Shown here one piece after another: positions 26,251 through 38,090 of a stretch of 64,000 nt of DNA. Each line of letters opens with the position of its first letter. The stretch's first letter is position 1. Position numbers and translations under genes: made by a program. The stretch lies in NCBI RefSeq assembly GCF_006345805.1, contig NC_043009.1, positions 45,012,001 through 45,076,000 on the forward strand, given 5' to 3'. Below the pieces are notes generated by a model, which was given only the letters and a program-made list of their open reading frames with translations, made no database searches and had not been told where the DNA came from. Source of the DNA: Octopus sinensis (taxonomy: Eukaryota).

Positions 26251-26536
26251 TTAATAGTAAGTTTTTTTATATTTTTTGTGACGCTATATTTCTTTCTTTC
26301 TCTCTCTTTCTTTCTTTCTCTCTCTTTCTTTCTTTCTCTCTCTTTCTTTCTTTCTCTCTCTTAATATTCCTTTTTTAGCACCCCTACTTCCTATCTCCTT
26401 TTCTCTCGTCTTCTCGCACTTTCAACATACATGCTCTTACTATACAGACTAGTATGTATCTACTTTAATGCATTTACCATTCTGTCTTTCCTTCACATTA
26501 TAATGTATTATTCCTACTCAACCCTAATTCGCTCTA

Positions 26537-28070
26537 CAAGGTGTAACATGTAAATCGAGACAAGTTTCAAATGGATATATTTCGAATTGTATAGATTTTG
26601 TTGAAATCTAAATTTTAAATATTACAAGTTTGAATAATCACTTGTACTACTTTTTTAATCTCTAATTGACCAAACTATGAATGTTAATAAAGAATCAAAC
26701 TGTATAAAGTGTATTTGCCTAATTATTCCACGTCGGTAAAAGCGCTGTGGAGATTGATAGAGCCACAAAGTACGCCAGATCTACTGTTTTTAGAGTTGTA
26801 ACCAATTTAAAGAAAAGTCAGTATGTTCGGAGAAAGCCTTATAGTTCTGGCACTAACCGAAAACACACGCCTCGCTTCTTAGCAGGACTTAAAAGATCGA
26901 TTGAGTTGAACTCATCAAAATCGATGGCGAAGTTGGCTCAAGATTGAAGAATCAGTAAAATGACCGTTTCTAGGGCTGTGAGACAAGATCTCCATACGAA
27001 ATCGTACATGAGGAGACACCGTAACAACCTAACTGCCCGCTCCAAAGCCATTCAAGCTGAAAGCCAAACTTCTTAGTCATCTGAAACATCGTGGCGGAGA
27101 CGCCTGCATCTTCGTGGATGAAAAGAAGTTCATGGCAGACGAAGTTGCAAACCGTCAAAACTCACGAGTGATAGCGTATGACCCTTCCCAAGTTCCTTCA
27201 GCTATACATAGCAAGCGTGGAGGTGCAATGGCCCAGTGGTTAGGGCAGCGGACTCGCGGTCATAGGATCGCGGTTTCGATTCCCAGACCGGGCGTTGTGA
27301 GTGTTTATTGAGCGAAAACACCTAAACCTCCACGAGGCTCCGGCAGGGGATGGTGGTGGTCCCTGCTGTACTCTTTCACCAAACTTTCTCTCACTCTCTA
27401 CTTCCTGTTTCTGTTGTACCTGTATTTCAAAGGCCGGCCTTGTCACTCTCTGTGTCACGCTGCCATATCCCCGAGAACTACGTTAAGGTGCACGTGTCTG
27501 TGGAGTGCTCAGCTCAGCCACTACACGTAATTTCACGAGCAAGCTGTTCCGTTGATTCGGATCAACCGGAACCCTCGTCGTCGTAGCCGACGGAGTGCTT
27601 CCACATAGCAAGAATCTGGCTTCCGTTATGGTCTTTGAAGTTGATGCAATTGATGGGAAATTGATGCCTCCTCATTTTATTGAAGCGGGTTTTAAAATCA
27701 ACAAAGTAGAGTATCTCAAAATATTAGAAGTTTTGTTGCCTTAGATTAGGAAGCGTTATGATGCAAATCGAGTCACGTTTGTACAGGACTCCGCGTCCAC
27801 CCATTCTGCGAAAAGAGTGCAAAATTTTTTGAAGTAAGGAATTGCTCGTGTTTGTCCCTCAACATATCTGGCCCTCTAGCTCGCCACATTTAAATCTGTG
27901 TGATTTTTGGCTATGGGGCGCTGTTGAAGCAATATCTAGTGCAACTTCTCACACTGTGTATCTTCACTGAAGGCTTCGAGCAAGCGAGCATTCAATAAAA
28001 TGAAAAAAGGAAGAAATAGTTAAGGCATACGCATCATTTAGTAAACGGATTGAACTGGTATATTCAAAAG
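26537..28070 (+). mobile_element. maT (DD37D) Tc1/mariner-superfamily relic
   Basis: TA+CAAGGTG start; HTH-like ARSTVFRVV, FVDEKKF, NRQNSR, QDSASTH and WPSSSPHLNLCDFWLWG; 37 residues between the 2nd and 3rd Asp after correcting one frameshift. Confidence 0.88.
27216..27602 (+). mobile_element. SINE family D (tRNA-derived) inserted in the maT transposase, 10-bp TSD
   Basis: A box TGGCCCAGTGG and B-box-like GGTTTCGATTCC; TSD ACATAGCAAG at 27206-27215 and 27603-27612. Confidence 0.92.
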
Positions 28071-28472
28071 TAGAACTGGTAACTAACACTATTCCTCGCC
28101 ATGGATTATCATCATACATTCTCATTTGAAATTGAAATTGCTAATAGACCTTACCTATAACTTCATTATTTATTTGATCTTAGAACTGCGTAATTCATAT
28201 CTATTTTACTTTGATCCTTCTTTCATCCTTGAAAAATCGGAATATACTAATATCCTAGATTGGGGATATTACTTCATTTTCACATTTTTCTGACTTCTCC
28301 CTTTCTAATGACTGTATATTCAGCTTATGGAAGCTTTACGCAATATGATCCACATGCTTGGCTATTCTAGAAACAGCTGTAAGGGATTCTATATCTTCAT
28401 ATTGTGTATCTAAATTAAATAGTTTTTTTTTTAATAATGCCAAATGACTGATGTGCTTTTTTTGATATTAAT

Positions 28473-28583
<111 letters not shown>

Positions 28584-28664
28584 CAATTTATAAATAACAT
28601 ATGCATACATACATACATATATGTACATACATACCTACATTTATATGTATATATACATGCATAT

Positions 28665-28832
28665 ATGAGTACAGGACACCACAAATAACGTAGAAACACA
28701 ACGAGAACCGAAAACATAAAATCAAACAAGGAAACGGACTTTTTTAACAACGAAAAAACAGAATACAAGATAAACAATACAAGGAATATTCCCCTTCATC
28801 AGCTGCCCCTGTTTCGACTCAAATGCTTGTTT
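28665..28832 (-). mobile_element. Short repeat between TA tracts with CGAAAC and CTGATGA boxes (Penelope pseudo-LTR-like)
   Basis: Minus strand reads GTCGAAACAGGGGCAGCTGATGAAGGGG followed by a T/G-rich tail, as at 24560 and 26110. Confidence 0.5.
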
Positions 28833-29049
28833 ATATATATATAATATATATATTATATATATATATATATAATGATATATAGCATCTATCATTCCAACTA
28901 CCTTTCATCAATTGTCTATTGTCTTCACTTTCTCTTTCGTATTCTCTCCTTCATCTTCCTCTTCGTCTACTAATTACATCTTCACCTTCGTTTCTTTTAC
29001 TCTGTCACACTATCTTAACACTTCTGCTTTCTTTTTTAACTGGCACCGT

Positions 29050-29430
29050 ACTCACACTCCGTTCTTTCCCTCAATTCCTCCATTTTTCTCTCTGTTCTTC
29101 CCCCTCCTTCTTACACCTCTCTTTCTTTTCATTTTTCTCTCCTCTTTCATCCTGTCTCCCTCCTTTTCTCTTCCCTCATTCCCCTTCCATTTCTCCCCCT
29201 CATTCCCTTTCCATTTCTTCCTCCTGTTTCTCTCCTTCTCTCACCCCGCTCTCTCTCCCTCTCTCTCTCTCTCTTCATTTCTCTCTCCTTCTCTTTTCTC
29301 TTGTCTCCTTCCTTTCTCTCTCACTTTTTCGCTTCCTCTCTCCCTATCTATGTCCCGTTCTTTCATCCCTCCTCACTTCCTTAAAATCTTACATTTACCC
29401 TCCCTCCTTTCCAACTCCCCTTCTCTCTCA
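29050..29430. repeat. Low-complexity polypyrimidine tract
   Basis: Direct reading. Confidence 0.9.
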
Positions 29431-29699
29431 CAACAACACCAACAACATACACAAACGCTTTCTCTTCCCCAGCTTTAGCCGAAGCACCACCCGTATCTCT
29501 TCATACTGCTACCTCCCACTATCCCCATTATCCCTTCTCTTTTATTATATCGGTCACTATTAGCCAGAAGAAATATCTTTACCAATCGTTCTGCCAGATT
29601 ATTTTTATCATTTCATCAATTAGCAATTATTTTAGGGCTTTGGACGACTTTCCTCGCCGTTCGTCTTCGCTTGCTCCCGACAGTCTCGTCTGTGACTGC

Positions 29700-29703
<4 letters not shown>

Positions 29704-29771
<68 letters not shown>

Positions 29772-30194
29772 TACAACTACACACGCACGCACACACACAA
29801 CTGTAGATAGATAGACACACAGACGGACAGACAAACAGTTATATAGATAGATAGATATACAACACACATACACATACACACACACACATACATTATATAT
29901 ATATATATACATATATATACATACATATATACATAACATATATATACATATATATACATATATATATACATATATATACAATATATATAATATATATATA
30001 TATATATACATACATACTCACACATGCATATATATATATATTGTATAATATATATGTATATATATGTGTGTATATATATATGTAATGTATATATATGATA
30101 TATATATACATATACATATATATATACACACATATATATATACATATATATATATATATGCATGTGTGAGTATGTATGTATATATATATATATC

Positions 30195-30244
<50 letters not shown>

Positions 30245-30275
30245 CAAACACATATATATACACGTATACATATAC

Positions 30276-30310
<35 letters not shown>

Positions 30311-30458
30311 TGGTATGTAAAGTAATTTGTTTCTATTTTCTGCATACGGTTTCCTCAAATCCCAGGAACCAAAGTTTCTTTTTCCTTCCCACCGAACTCC
30401 ACCAAACCAAAACAATAAGCAAAGAAAGAACGCAAGCATACACCCACACACACCACAC

Positions 30459-30503
<45 letters not shown>

Positions 30504-30819
30504 ACACAAACACACACACAGACCATTCCAAATTAAAAATAATATTTCCTATTTTCCTGATGCAATAATATATAGCCTCCTTGCTGACGTCAGGAATCGA
30601 TAACCTCAATAAGAGAGATCGAGGCAAAATGGTTATTAGCCGGTCAATATACACATACGGATATATATATATTATGTATATAAGTAGCTGCCCGTAAAAG
30701 TACATGACTATTATGTAGATTGGACAGTATTCACCCTAAATTACTGTTCATTTGCGACTCCAGCCAATGTTTTTACGTCATATTTCTAAATCCTTCTATT
30801 ATTGCTTAGCAATATTGGA

Positions 30820-30864
<45 letters not shown>

Positions 30865-31220
30865 CGTGCGTGTGTGTGTGTGTGTGTGTGTGTTTGTGTG
30901 TGTGTGTGCGTGTGTGTGTGGGCGTGTGTGTGTCTGTCTGTCTGTGTGCGTGCGTGCCTGTGTATGTATATATAGTATACAGCATATTGTATATATATAT
31001 ATGTGTGTGTGTGTGTGAGTGTGAGTGTGTGTGCGTGTATCTATATCTATATGTATTAGATATATGCATATATATATGCAAATGTATATACACACATATT
31101 TGAGTCTGTGTGTATATACATACATACATACATACATAGATACATAGATACATACATAGATACATACATACATACATACATACATACATACATACATACA
31201 TACATACATACATACATACA

Positions 31221-31251
<31 letters not shown>

Positions 31252-31266
31252 TCGCATGCATACATA
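29704..31266. repeat. Large compound microsatellite field (CA/TA/TG/TACA) with small unique islands
   Basis: Direct reading. Confidence 0.95.
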
Positions 31267-32987
31267 CAGCAGTATACAGAGACATGAGAGGTTGAGCAGT
31301 GAACATCACAGAATTTCTTCAAGAGAAGATATAAACTCCTTCTGGAGTAAAATCTGGAGTGAAGAGAAAGAGTTTAATCAAGATACTCTGTGGCTGGAAG
31401 AAATCCGAAGAAATTATTTACCCCTGCGTTACACCCAAGTTATACAACATTGATGGTGAAACTCTTGCAACTGTGATCCAGAAACTCCAGGATGGAAAAT
31501 CACCTGGTAGAGATTTGATTGTTGGATTCTGGTACAAGAAAGCTAACATTCTACCGACCATATCTTATCACTCTGTACCAACAAGCGCTCAATAAGGAAC
31601 AATAGCATATCATACCACACAGGTTAGCTCTGAGGAAGACAAATTGACCTCCAAATACAGAACCACCTACATGACAAAACGCTATCGGTATGCCAGAACT
31701 TGTACAATGTATAAGATAAATACAGCATGCTTAAACCTTTTCCTCCATGAACATTTTGGAACCGGTAACATCATCACAGTAGAACAAGCAGCTAGGAAGA
31801 AGGGTGTTTGGGGATGTGTCGAGCAATTGTTGATCAACAAAATTGTGATGTCAAAGGTGCGAGAGCATAGGAGGGACCTAGTTTCAATGTGGCTAGACTA
31901 CAAGAAAGCCTTTGACTCTGTTCCCCGCTCATGGATGCTAGAAGCCTTTCAGCTTGCTAAAGTTACAACGAGAATAGTCAAAACCATAGCTGACCTGACT
32001 TCATCGTGGGTCACCATCTTGAAATTAAACACAAAGGGTGACTGTATTATCACCGATAGAATACAGTATCGCAAAGGCATATTCAAAAGGGACATCCTCT
32101 CTGTGATGTTGTTTATACTTTCTGTAAACCCCTTGTCATTCCCCTTAAGGAAGTCTGAAGGATATCTCACTGATTCACAAGGAAACAGAAATACCAAAAT
32201 TACACGGATTCTTTGTGGATGGCTTGAAACTTTATGCAATGAATATACATGAGATGAAAAAGAGGCTTGACTTAGTTACAATATTCTCAAAAGATGTAGG
32301 ATTGGAGTTTGGTCAGGATAAATGTTGTTATATGGTTGTGAAAAGGGGGGAAACTATAAACCAGATTAACAACATCTCCATCAATGGTTTGACTGTTTTC
32401 CCTATATCTGACGAAGGTATCTTGGGGTGGGTGAAAGCATATTTTACAATGGTACCTGTAACAAAACACGCGTCACTAAAGAATATTATAGCCGAATGAA
32501 GAAAATTTGGACCTCAGAACTCTCTGCATTCAATAAAACAGTGGCCCACAATGTGTCCGTAGTGCCAGTACTCATACCAACATTTGGGCTGCTTGATTAG
32601 ACGCTTGATGAGATCCGAGCCATTGATGTGAAAACAATCACACATAATTTCCACATAAACAATGATGTAGACCGCCTCTACCTAAAACGAAAACAAGGCG
32701 GCAGAGGCTTAACATCGATCCAAAATACCTTTGAATGTCATATCATATCTCCTCAGCAACATCTTTTAGCCACCAAGTGTCGAAGTGCATCCCTTGACCA
32801 AGTTTGCATACATGAGGCTGATAGCATCATAAGACTTGGAATGCAGCTCCTTGAACAGCATTCCTTGTCTGATAACCTAGAATACATGCCCAAAGCAGTC
32901 ATACGACTTATCATATCATCAGATGAAAGGATGAGCCTATATGATAAGAAGACTATGCATGGATATGTTAGTAGAAAACTCCGAGAT
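31267..32987 (+). mobile_element. R4/Dong-like non-LTR retrotransposon reverse transcriptase relic, 5'-truncated, running into the gap
   Basis: FWSKIW, KSPGRD..GFWYK, GCVEQLLIN, WLDYKKAFDSVP, GIFKRDILS (GIFQGDSLS-like), VDGLKLYA (YMDDLKLY-like), GLEFGQDKC, DRLYLKRKQGGRGL, MHGY; many frameshifts. Confidence 0.88.
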
Positions 32988-33087
32988 NNNNNNNNNNNNN
33001 NNNNNNNNNNNNNNNNNNNNNNNNNNNNNNNNNNNNNNNNNNNNNNNNNNNNNNNNNNNNNNNNNNNNNNNNNNNNNNNNNNNNNNN
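32988..33087. other. Assembly gap (100 N)
   Basis: Run of N; contiguity across it is not guaranteed. Confidence 1.
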
Positions 33088-33474
33088 AGAGAGAGAGAGA
33101 GTGAGAGAGAGAGAGAGAAAAAGAAGAGAGAGAATGAAAGTTAGAGAGAGTGACAGAGAGAGTGAGAAAGAGAGAGAGAGAGTGAGAGAGAGAGAGAAAA
33201 AGAAGAGAGAGAATGAAAGTTAGAGAGAGTGACAGAGAGAGAGATAGAGAGAGAGAGAAAGAGGTAGAGAGAGTGAAGAGAGAGAGAGAGAGAGAAAGAA
33301 GAGAGAGAATGAAAGTTAGAGAGAGTGACAGAGAGAGAGAGAAAAAGAAGAGAGAGAGTGAGAGAGAGAGAGAAAAAGAAGAGAGAGAATGAAAGTTAGA
33401 GAGAATGACAGACAGAGAGAGAGAGAAAGAGAGAGAGAGAGAGCGAGAGAGAGAGAGAGAAAGAGAGAGAGAGA
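33088..33474. repeat. (GA)n-based higher-order repeat with recurring AAAGAAGAGAGAGAATGAAAGTTAGAGAGAGTGACA unit
   Basis: Unit seen four times. Confidence 0.93.
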
Positions 33475-33687
33475 ATATGCATTTTTAATTGTTTGTATTC
33501 AATAAACAAATAAAACCCTATCTGCCATTTGTAATTTCTTCCGCGCCGTTGTTATGCTAATGCTTAAAGCCTTGAAATGTGGTTTCCTGACAATACTCCT
33601 ATTAGAAGGCATGAATAACAGAAGCAACTAATACATACACCCCCTCCCATATATATATATATATATACACATACATACATACATACA

Positions 33688-33723
<36 letters not shown>

Positions 33724-33771
33724 TATATATTATATATAATATATATATATATTATATATATATATATAATA

Positions 33772-34300
33772 TCTATACTATATATATATATATACTATAT
33801 ATTAAAACTCTAGTTGTGTGAGTGTCTGTCCCCTTCGATTTAGATTCCTAACTCCTCCCACATTTTGCGGTGCAGTGAACCAAATTCGGGTATCTTATAG
33901 TCGTGATTCATATCGAGCCCGTCTGACTATTAGCGCGCGTCAACGATGAGTCTACGATTTTAAAAATAATTTAACATCATTTTTTATTCCATTTTAATGC
34001 ATAAAATGCATCGTATGTCGATGGCGGCGGAGTTGGCGTCCACTCTCACATCACAGCTGCACCTGTTGCTTCCCCCCTTCCCTCCTCCCTCGTGAAGCTG
34101 TGGGGAAGGAGTGTAAAGAAATCAACGTTCGTAATGCGTTGTGAAGGAAACCAGCGTTCTTTTAGAACAACGACTTCATGGCTTGAAGACACAAAACAAA
34201 AATGGCTAGAAAGCCCGAATTTATAAGGGAAGTAACTCTCTAAAAATGCTTATATAGTTATTTCCCTTACAAACCCGTGCAACGCCGGGTGATGCTGCTA

Positions 34301-34301
<1 letters not shown>
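33772..34301 (+). mobile_element. Complete non-autonomous Helitron (about 530 bp)
   Basis: 5' A|TCTATACTATAT; 3' hairpin ACCCG...CGGGT (34273-34290) then CTAG|T; A-T insertion site with no TSD. Confidence 0.85.
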
Positions 34302-34336
<35 letters not shown>

Positions 34337-34500
34337 AAAAGAGATGACAAAGGAATAAATTGTTATCTTATGAACTTCATTAGCTTACAGCTGTTTCTGC
34401 TATATGATACACTGGAGTCATGGTTGATTGCTTGAATAACACCTTACACACATACACACAAACATACACACACACACGTATATATATATATATATATATA

Positions 34501-35475
34501 ATTACATTTTATAAAGGGCTTAGTAAAATAAATTACTTTGCCACATACTGAACTCATTAGAAATAGCAGCCAAAAAATTTTTTTAGCCAAATTCTAATAC
34601 TTAAAGAAAATTTCTCTCAGATAGTGCTTACTCAAAATAACCTTTGCACTTGTGATTTTTTAATGTTTTTACCCCCATACCTTCGTGGGCTATTTTGAGT
34701 AAGCACTATCTGAGAGAAATTTTCTTTAAGTATTAGAATTTGGCTAAAAAAATTTTTTGGCTGCTATTTCTAATGAGTTCAGTATGTGGCAAAGTAATTT
34801 ATTTTACTAAGCCCTTTATAAAATGTAATATTTTGAATTCGCCTTAAATGGTCCCTTTACATACTGAATACTTGGTGAAATTGATTAATAATTAATTAAT
34901 TTTACCCTCAATTGTTGAAATTATAATTCATTTCTCTCTGTTTAATGCTTCGGTTTTCACCGATAAAATTATGGTGTTTGCTAGGCTAGCCCACGTGGGT
35001 GGAAAGGGGAGGGCAGTAATTCTTCGCTTGCATATTTTGATTTGTTGGCACTGTTAGTCTGAACGGATCTTCGAGGTGAAAAGTCGCCAAAGGGTATGCT
35101 CCTACTTTCAGTGTTTACAAATCCGAATTAAGGAATTTTGGCTGACGAAAGAAATGTCGAATTGTATTTGGCTGATCTAGAAACGTACGTTCTCAAATAA
35201 CCTTTGCACTTGTGATTTTTTAATGTTTTTACCCCCATACCTTCGTGGGCTATTTTGAGTAAGCACTATCTGAGAGAAATTTTCTTTAAGTATTAGAATT
35301 TGGCTAAAAATTTTTTTGCTGCTATTTCTAATGAGTTCAGTATGTGGCAAAGTAATTTATTTTACTAAGCCCTTTATAAAATGTAAGATTTTGAATTCGC
35401 CTTAAATGGCCCTTTACATACTGAATACTTGGTGAAATTGATTATAATTAATAATTTTACACTCAATTGTTGCAA
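34501..35475 (+). mobile_element. Non-coding element with inverted plus direct terminal repeats (Penelope pseudo-LTR architecture) in (TA)n
   Basis: 34501-34639 is the reverse complement of 34691-34829; about 34635-34917 is directly repeated at about 35195-35473. Confidence 0.7.
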
Positions 35476-35511
35476 ATATATATATATAATATCTATATAT
35501 ATATATATATA

Positions 35512-35566
<55 letters not shown>

Positions 35567-35600
35567 CATATACATATATAATATGTATATATATAATACA

Positions 35601-35761
35601 GGCGCAGGCGTGGCTGTGTGGTAAGAAGCTTGCTCCCAACCACATGGTTTCGGGTTCAGTCCCACTACGTGGCACCTTGGCCAGATGTCTTCTGCTATAG
35701 CCTCTGGCCGACCAAAGCCTTGTCAGTGGATTTGGTAGACGGAAATTGGAAGAAGCTCGTC

Positions 35762-35807
<46 letters not shown>

Positions 35808-35985
35808 GTATGTATGTATGTATGTATGTATTTGTATATGTGTGCCTCTGTTTGTCTCCCGGCATCGCTTGACAACCGGTGATGGTGCGTTTATGTCCCT
35901 TTAGTTAGTGTAACAAACACTCTTTAAGGTGGTGCTCCAGCACAGCTGCAGTCAAGTGATTGAAAGAAGTAAAAGAATAAAGAAT
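35601..35985 (+). mobile_element. SINE family A with internal deletion in the 3' half
   Basis: Head and tail match family A. Confidence 0.85.
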
Positions 35986-36055
35986 ATCTGTGTGTTTGTG
36001 CGTGTGTGTGTATGTGTGCATGATATAATATATATTATATAGTATATATATATAG

Positions 36056-36088
<33 letters not shown>

Positions 36089-36189
36089 CTATATATATGT
36101 ATATGTGTGTTATTGTGTGTGTATATATGTATTTGTTTCTTTTTAGTTTTAGTCCGAGGACTGTGGCCATGTTGGGGCACTGCTGTTTG

Positions 36190-36812
36190 CTTTGTTACAC
36201 TTTAACTAAACCACCTCTGATATGTGACATTTGGTGGATGAGAGCATTTGACATTGGTGCCCTCATCTGTGTTTCTTGCTTTGAGGTAGGTTTATTTGGA
36301 ACTCTTGACAGGAGATCCAGTTTTGTTTTGAAAAAGCCTACATCCAAGCCATGCAAGTCTCTCAGGCTTTGTGGGAGGATATTGCTGAGCTGTAGGCTCG
36401 TGAAGCCCAAGCTGTTGCAATATCTGGTTCTATATCCTGATGGCAAAGTTGGGATTTTGGAAACTGTGCAGTAGCGCTCCGTTCTGCTGTTTGTGCAAAT
36501 GACAATGCCAAAACTTTGGTGCAAGTTTTTCTAGGATTTTCCAGATGTGCATTACTGCATGTCTTTTCTGCCTTCGTTCTAACGAGTAGAGTCTTAACTC
36601 TTTCACCCTCTCCAAGTAGGTGATATGTCGCATTGTGTCGATCTTCTTTGTGTAGGTTCTCTGGATAACCTCGAGTTCCGTCGTCGATTTTACACTATTT
36701 GGTGACCACAGTTGGGAGCAGTAATCTAGAGGAGGAAAGTCCTCCAGAAGACCATCAGGGTTTCCTTTTCTCTCGTTTTGAAAGTTCGAAGGATCTATCC
36801 GGCCAAGCGCCT
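36190..36812 (-). mobile_element. CR1-group LINE ORF2 3' fragment
   Basis: LDYCSQLWSP, LEVIQRTYTKKI, YLERVKELRLYSLERR, WKILE, NILPQSLR, FKTKLD. Confidence 0.87.
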
Positions 36813-36853
36813 GCATTTTATTGCCAAATATATATATGTATGCAAACACACAC

Positions 36854-36928
<75 letters not shown>

Positions 36929-36966
36929 ACACACGCCCACACACATATAGACGTGATTAAATGACA

Positions 36967-37367
36967 GAGTGTACTAAGTAGTAACAGCATTGCTAGAAAT
37001 AAGAGTCAAAACAACTTAATAGTCACAGAAGCACTATCTCAATGACTGACAAGGGAGACAAGCTCCCTAGCTGACATAGCCATATCACCGGTGATTTCGA
37101 ATTTTGAAATACTTGGGGTTAAACTCAACTAACCTTGTCAGCTTATAAGAAATCCGTTGAACTCATATGCTGATTTCAAAAACGGTAAATGTGAAAACTA
37201 CAAATGATATGGATGGCTTATTAGCGATTTAACAACCGAAAGGAAAATTTAGAGACGTCACTAAAGTAAGAGGGAGTACTAAGTAGTACCAGTACTGCTA
37301 GAAATAAGAGTCAAAACAACTCAATAGTCACAGAAGCACTATCTTAATGACTGACAAGAGAAACAAG
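36967..37367. repeat. Direct repeat of about 95 bp (about 36970-37063 and 37275-37367)
   Basis: GTACTAAGTAGTA.CAG...TGCTAGAAATAAGAGTCAAAACAACT.AATAGTCACAGAAGCACTATCT occurs twice. Confidence 0.9.
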
Positions 37368-37419
37368 GTGAGTTGAGTACTACTTAGCACCCTATGTACT
37401 GAGTTATCTCAATGTCGTG

Positions 37420-38090
37420 TCCCTTCCTAAATTGTAGTGGTGTTCGGCAGCTTCCTGGGTGTCTGAGGACAGCCCTTTCTAGGATTGCTCTGCTCATCTC
37501 CATAGCCCGAGGAAGGGGCTAGAAACAGTGCCCTGAACATAGCCCACTTCCCCCTGGCCTTCATACTGCGGCAGGTGGGGATCCCAGCCATGCGGTCAAA
37601 ATACCAAGACGAAAACATCGGTGACATTGCTCACCATTGGCACATGGACAACTCCAAAGCAAACAAACCCAGGAGACGGACAGCGCTTGTCACAAAAAGA
37701 TTCGGCAGAACAAATTCTCGCTTTGTAGTTCTGAGCGAGAGCAGACTTATAGACAAAGGTCAGTAGCTGAAGTCAAAACCGGTTACACCTTCTGGAGTGG
37801 CTGCAGTAGCGACGAATGTTGTGAAGCAGGAGTGGGTTTTGCCATCAGATCTAGTCTCACCAGCAAGCAAATCTGCCCCACCCCGCCCACGCAGAGGACT
37901 GAATGATGGACTGCAGCTCCCTCTCAGAGGAAAGCGTTGTGCCACCATCATCAGTGCCTATGTTCCCACCTTGACTAACCTGAGGTGGTGAAAGACATGA
38001 AGACTTGGAAGCCCTCATAGCAGCCGTGCCTAAGCGGGGTAAGCTTGTAATTCTCGGCGACTTCAGCGCCAGAGTTGTTGCAGACTACCA
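37420..38090 (+). mobile_element. RTE-clade LINE 5' fragment (apurinic-like endonuclease)
   Basis: PRRRTALV, LSESRL, GYTFWSG, GVGFAI, ATIISAYVPT, VILGDFSARV. Confidence 0.85.

Noticed and set aside
27218-27295. Functional tRNA gene (also 7668, 15230, 38650, 48567)
   Set aside because: These tRNA-like heads continue into SINE bodies, most with TSDs.
28912-29563. 188-aa and 214-aa F/S/L/P-rich ORFs as membrane proteins
   Set aside because: A polypyrimidine low-complexity tract that avoids stop codons by composition.
32988-33474. (GA)n region as the 3' tail of the R4/Dong-like LINE
   Set aside because: Separated by a 100-N gap of unknown true size, so adjacency is unsupported.
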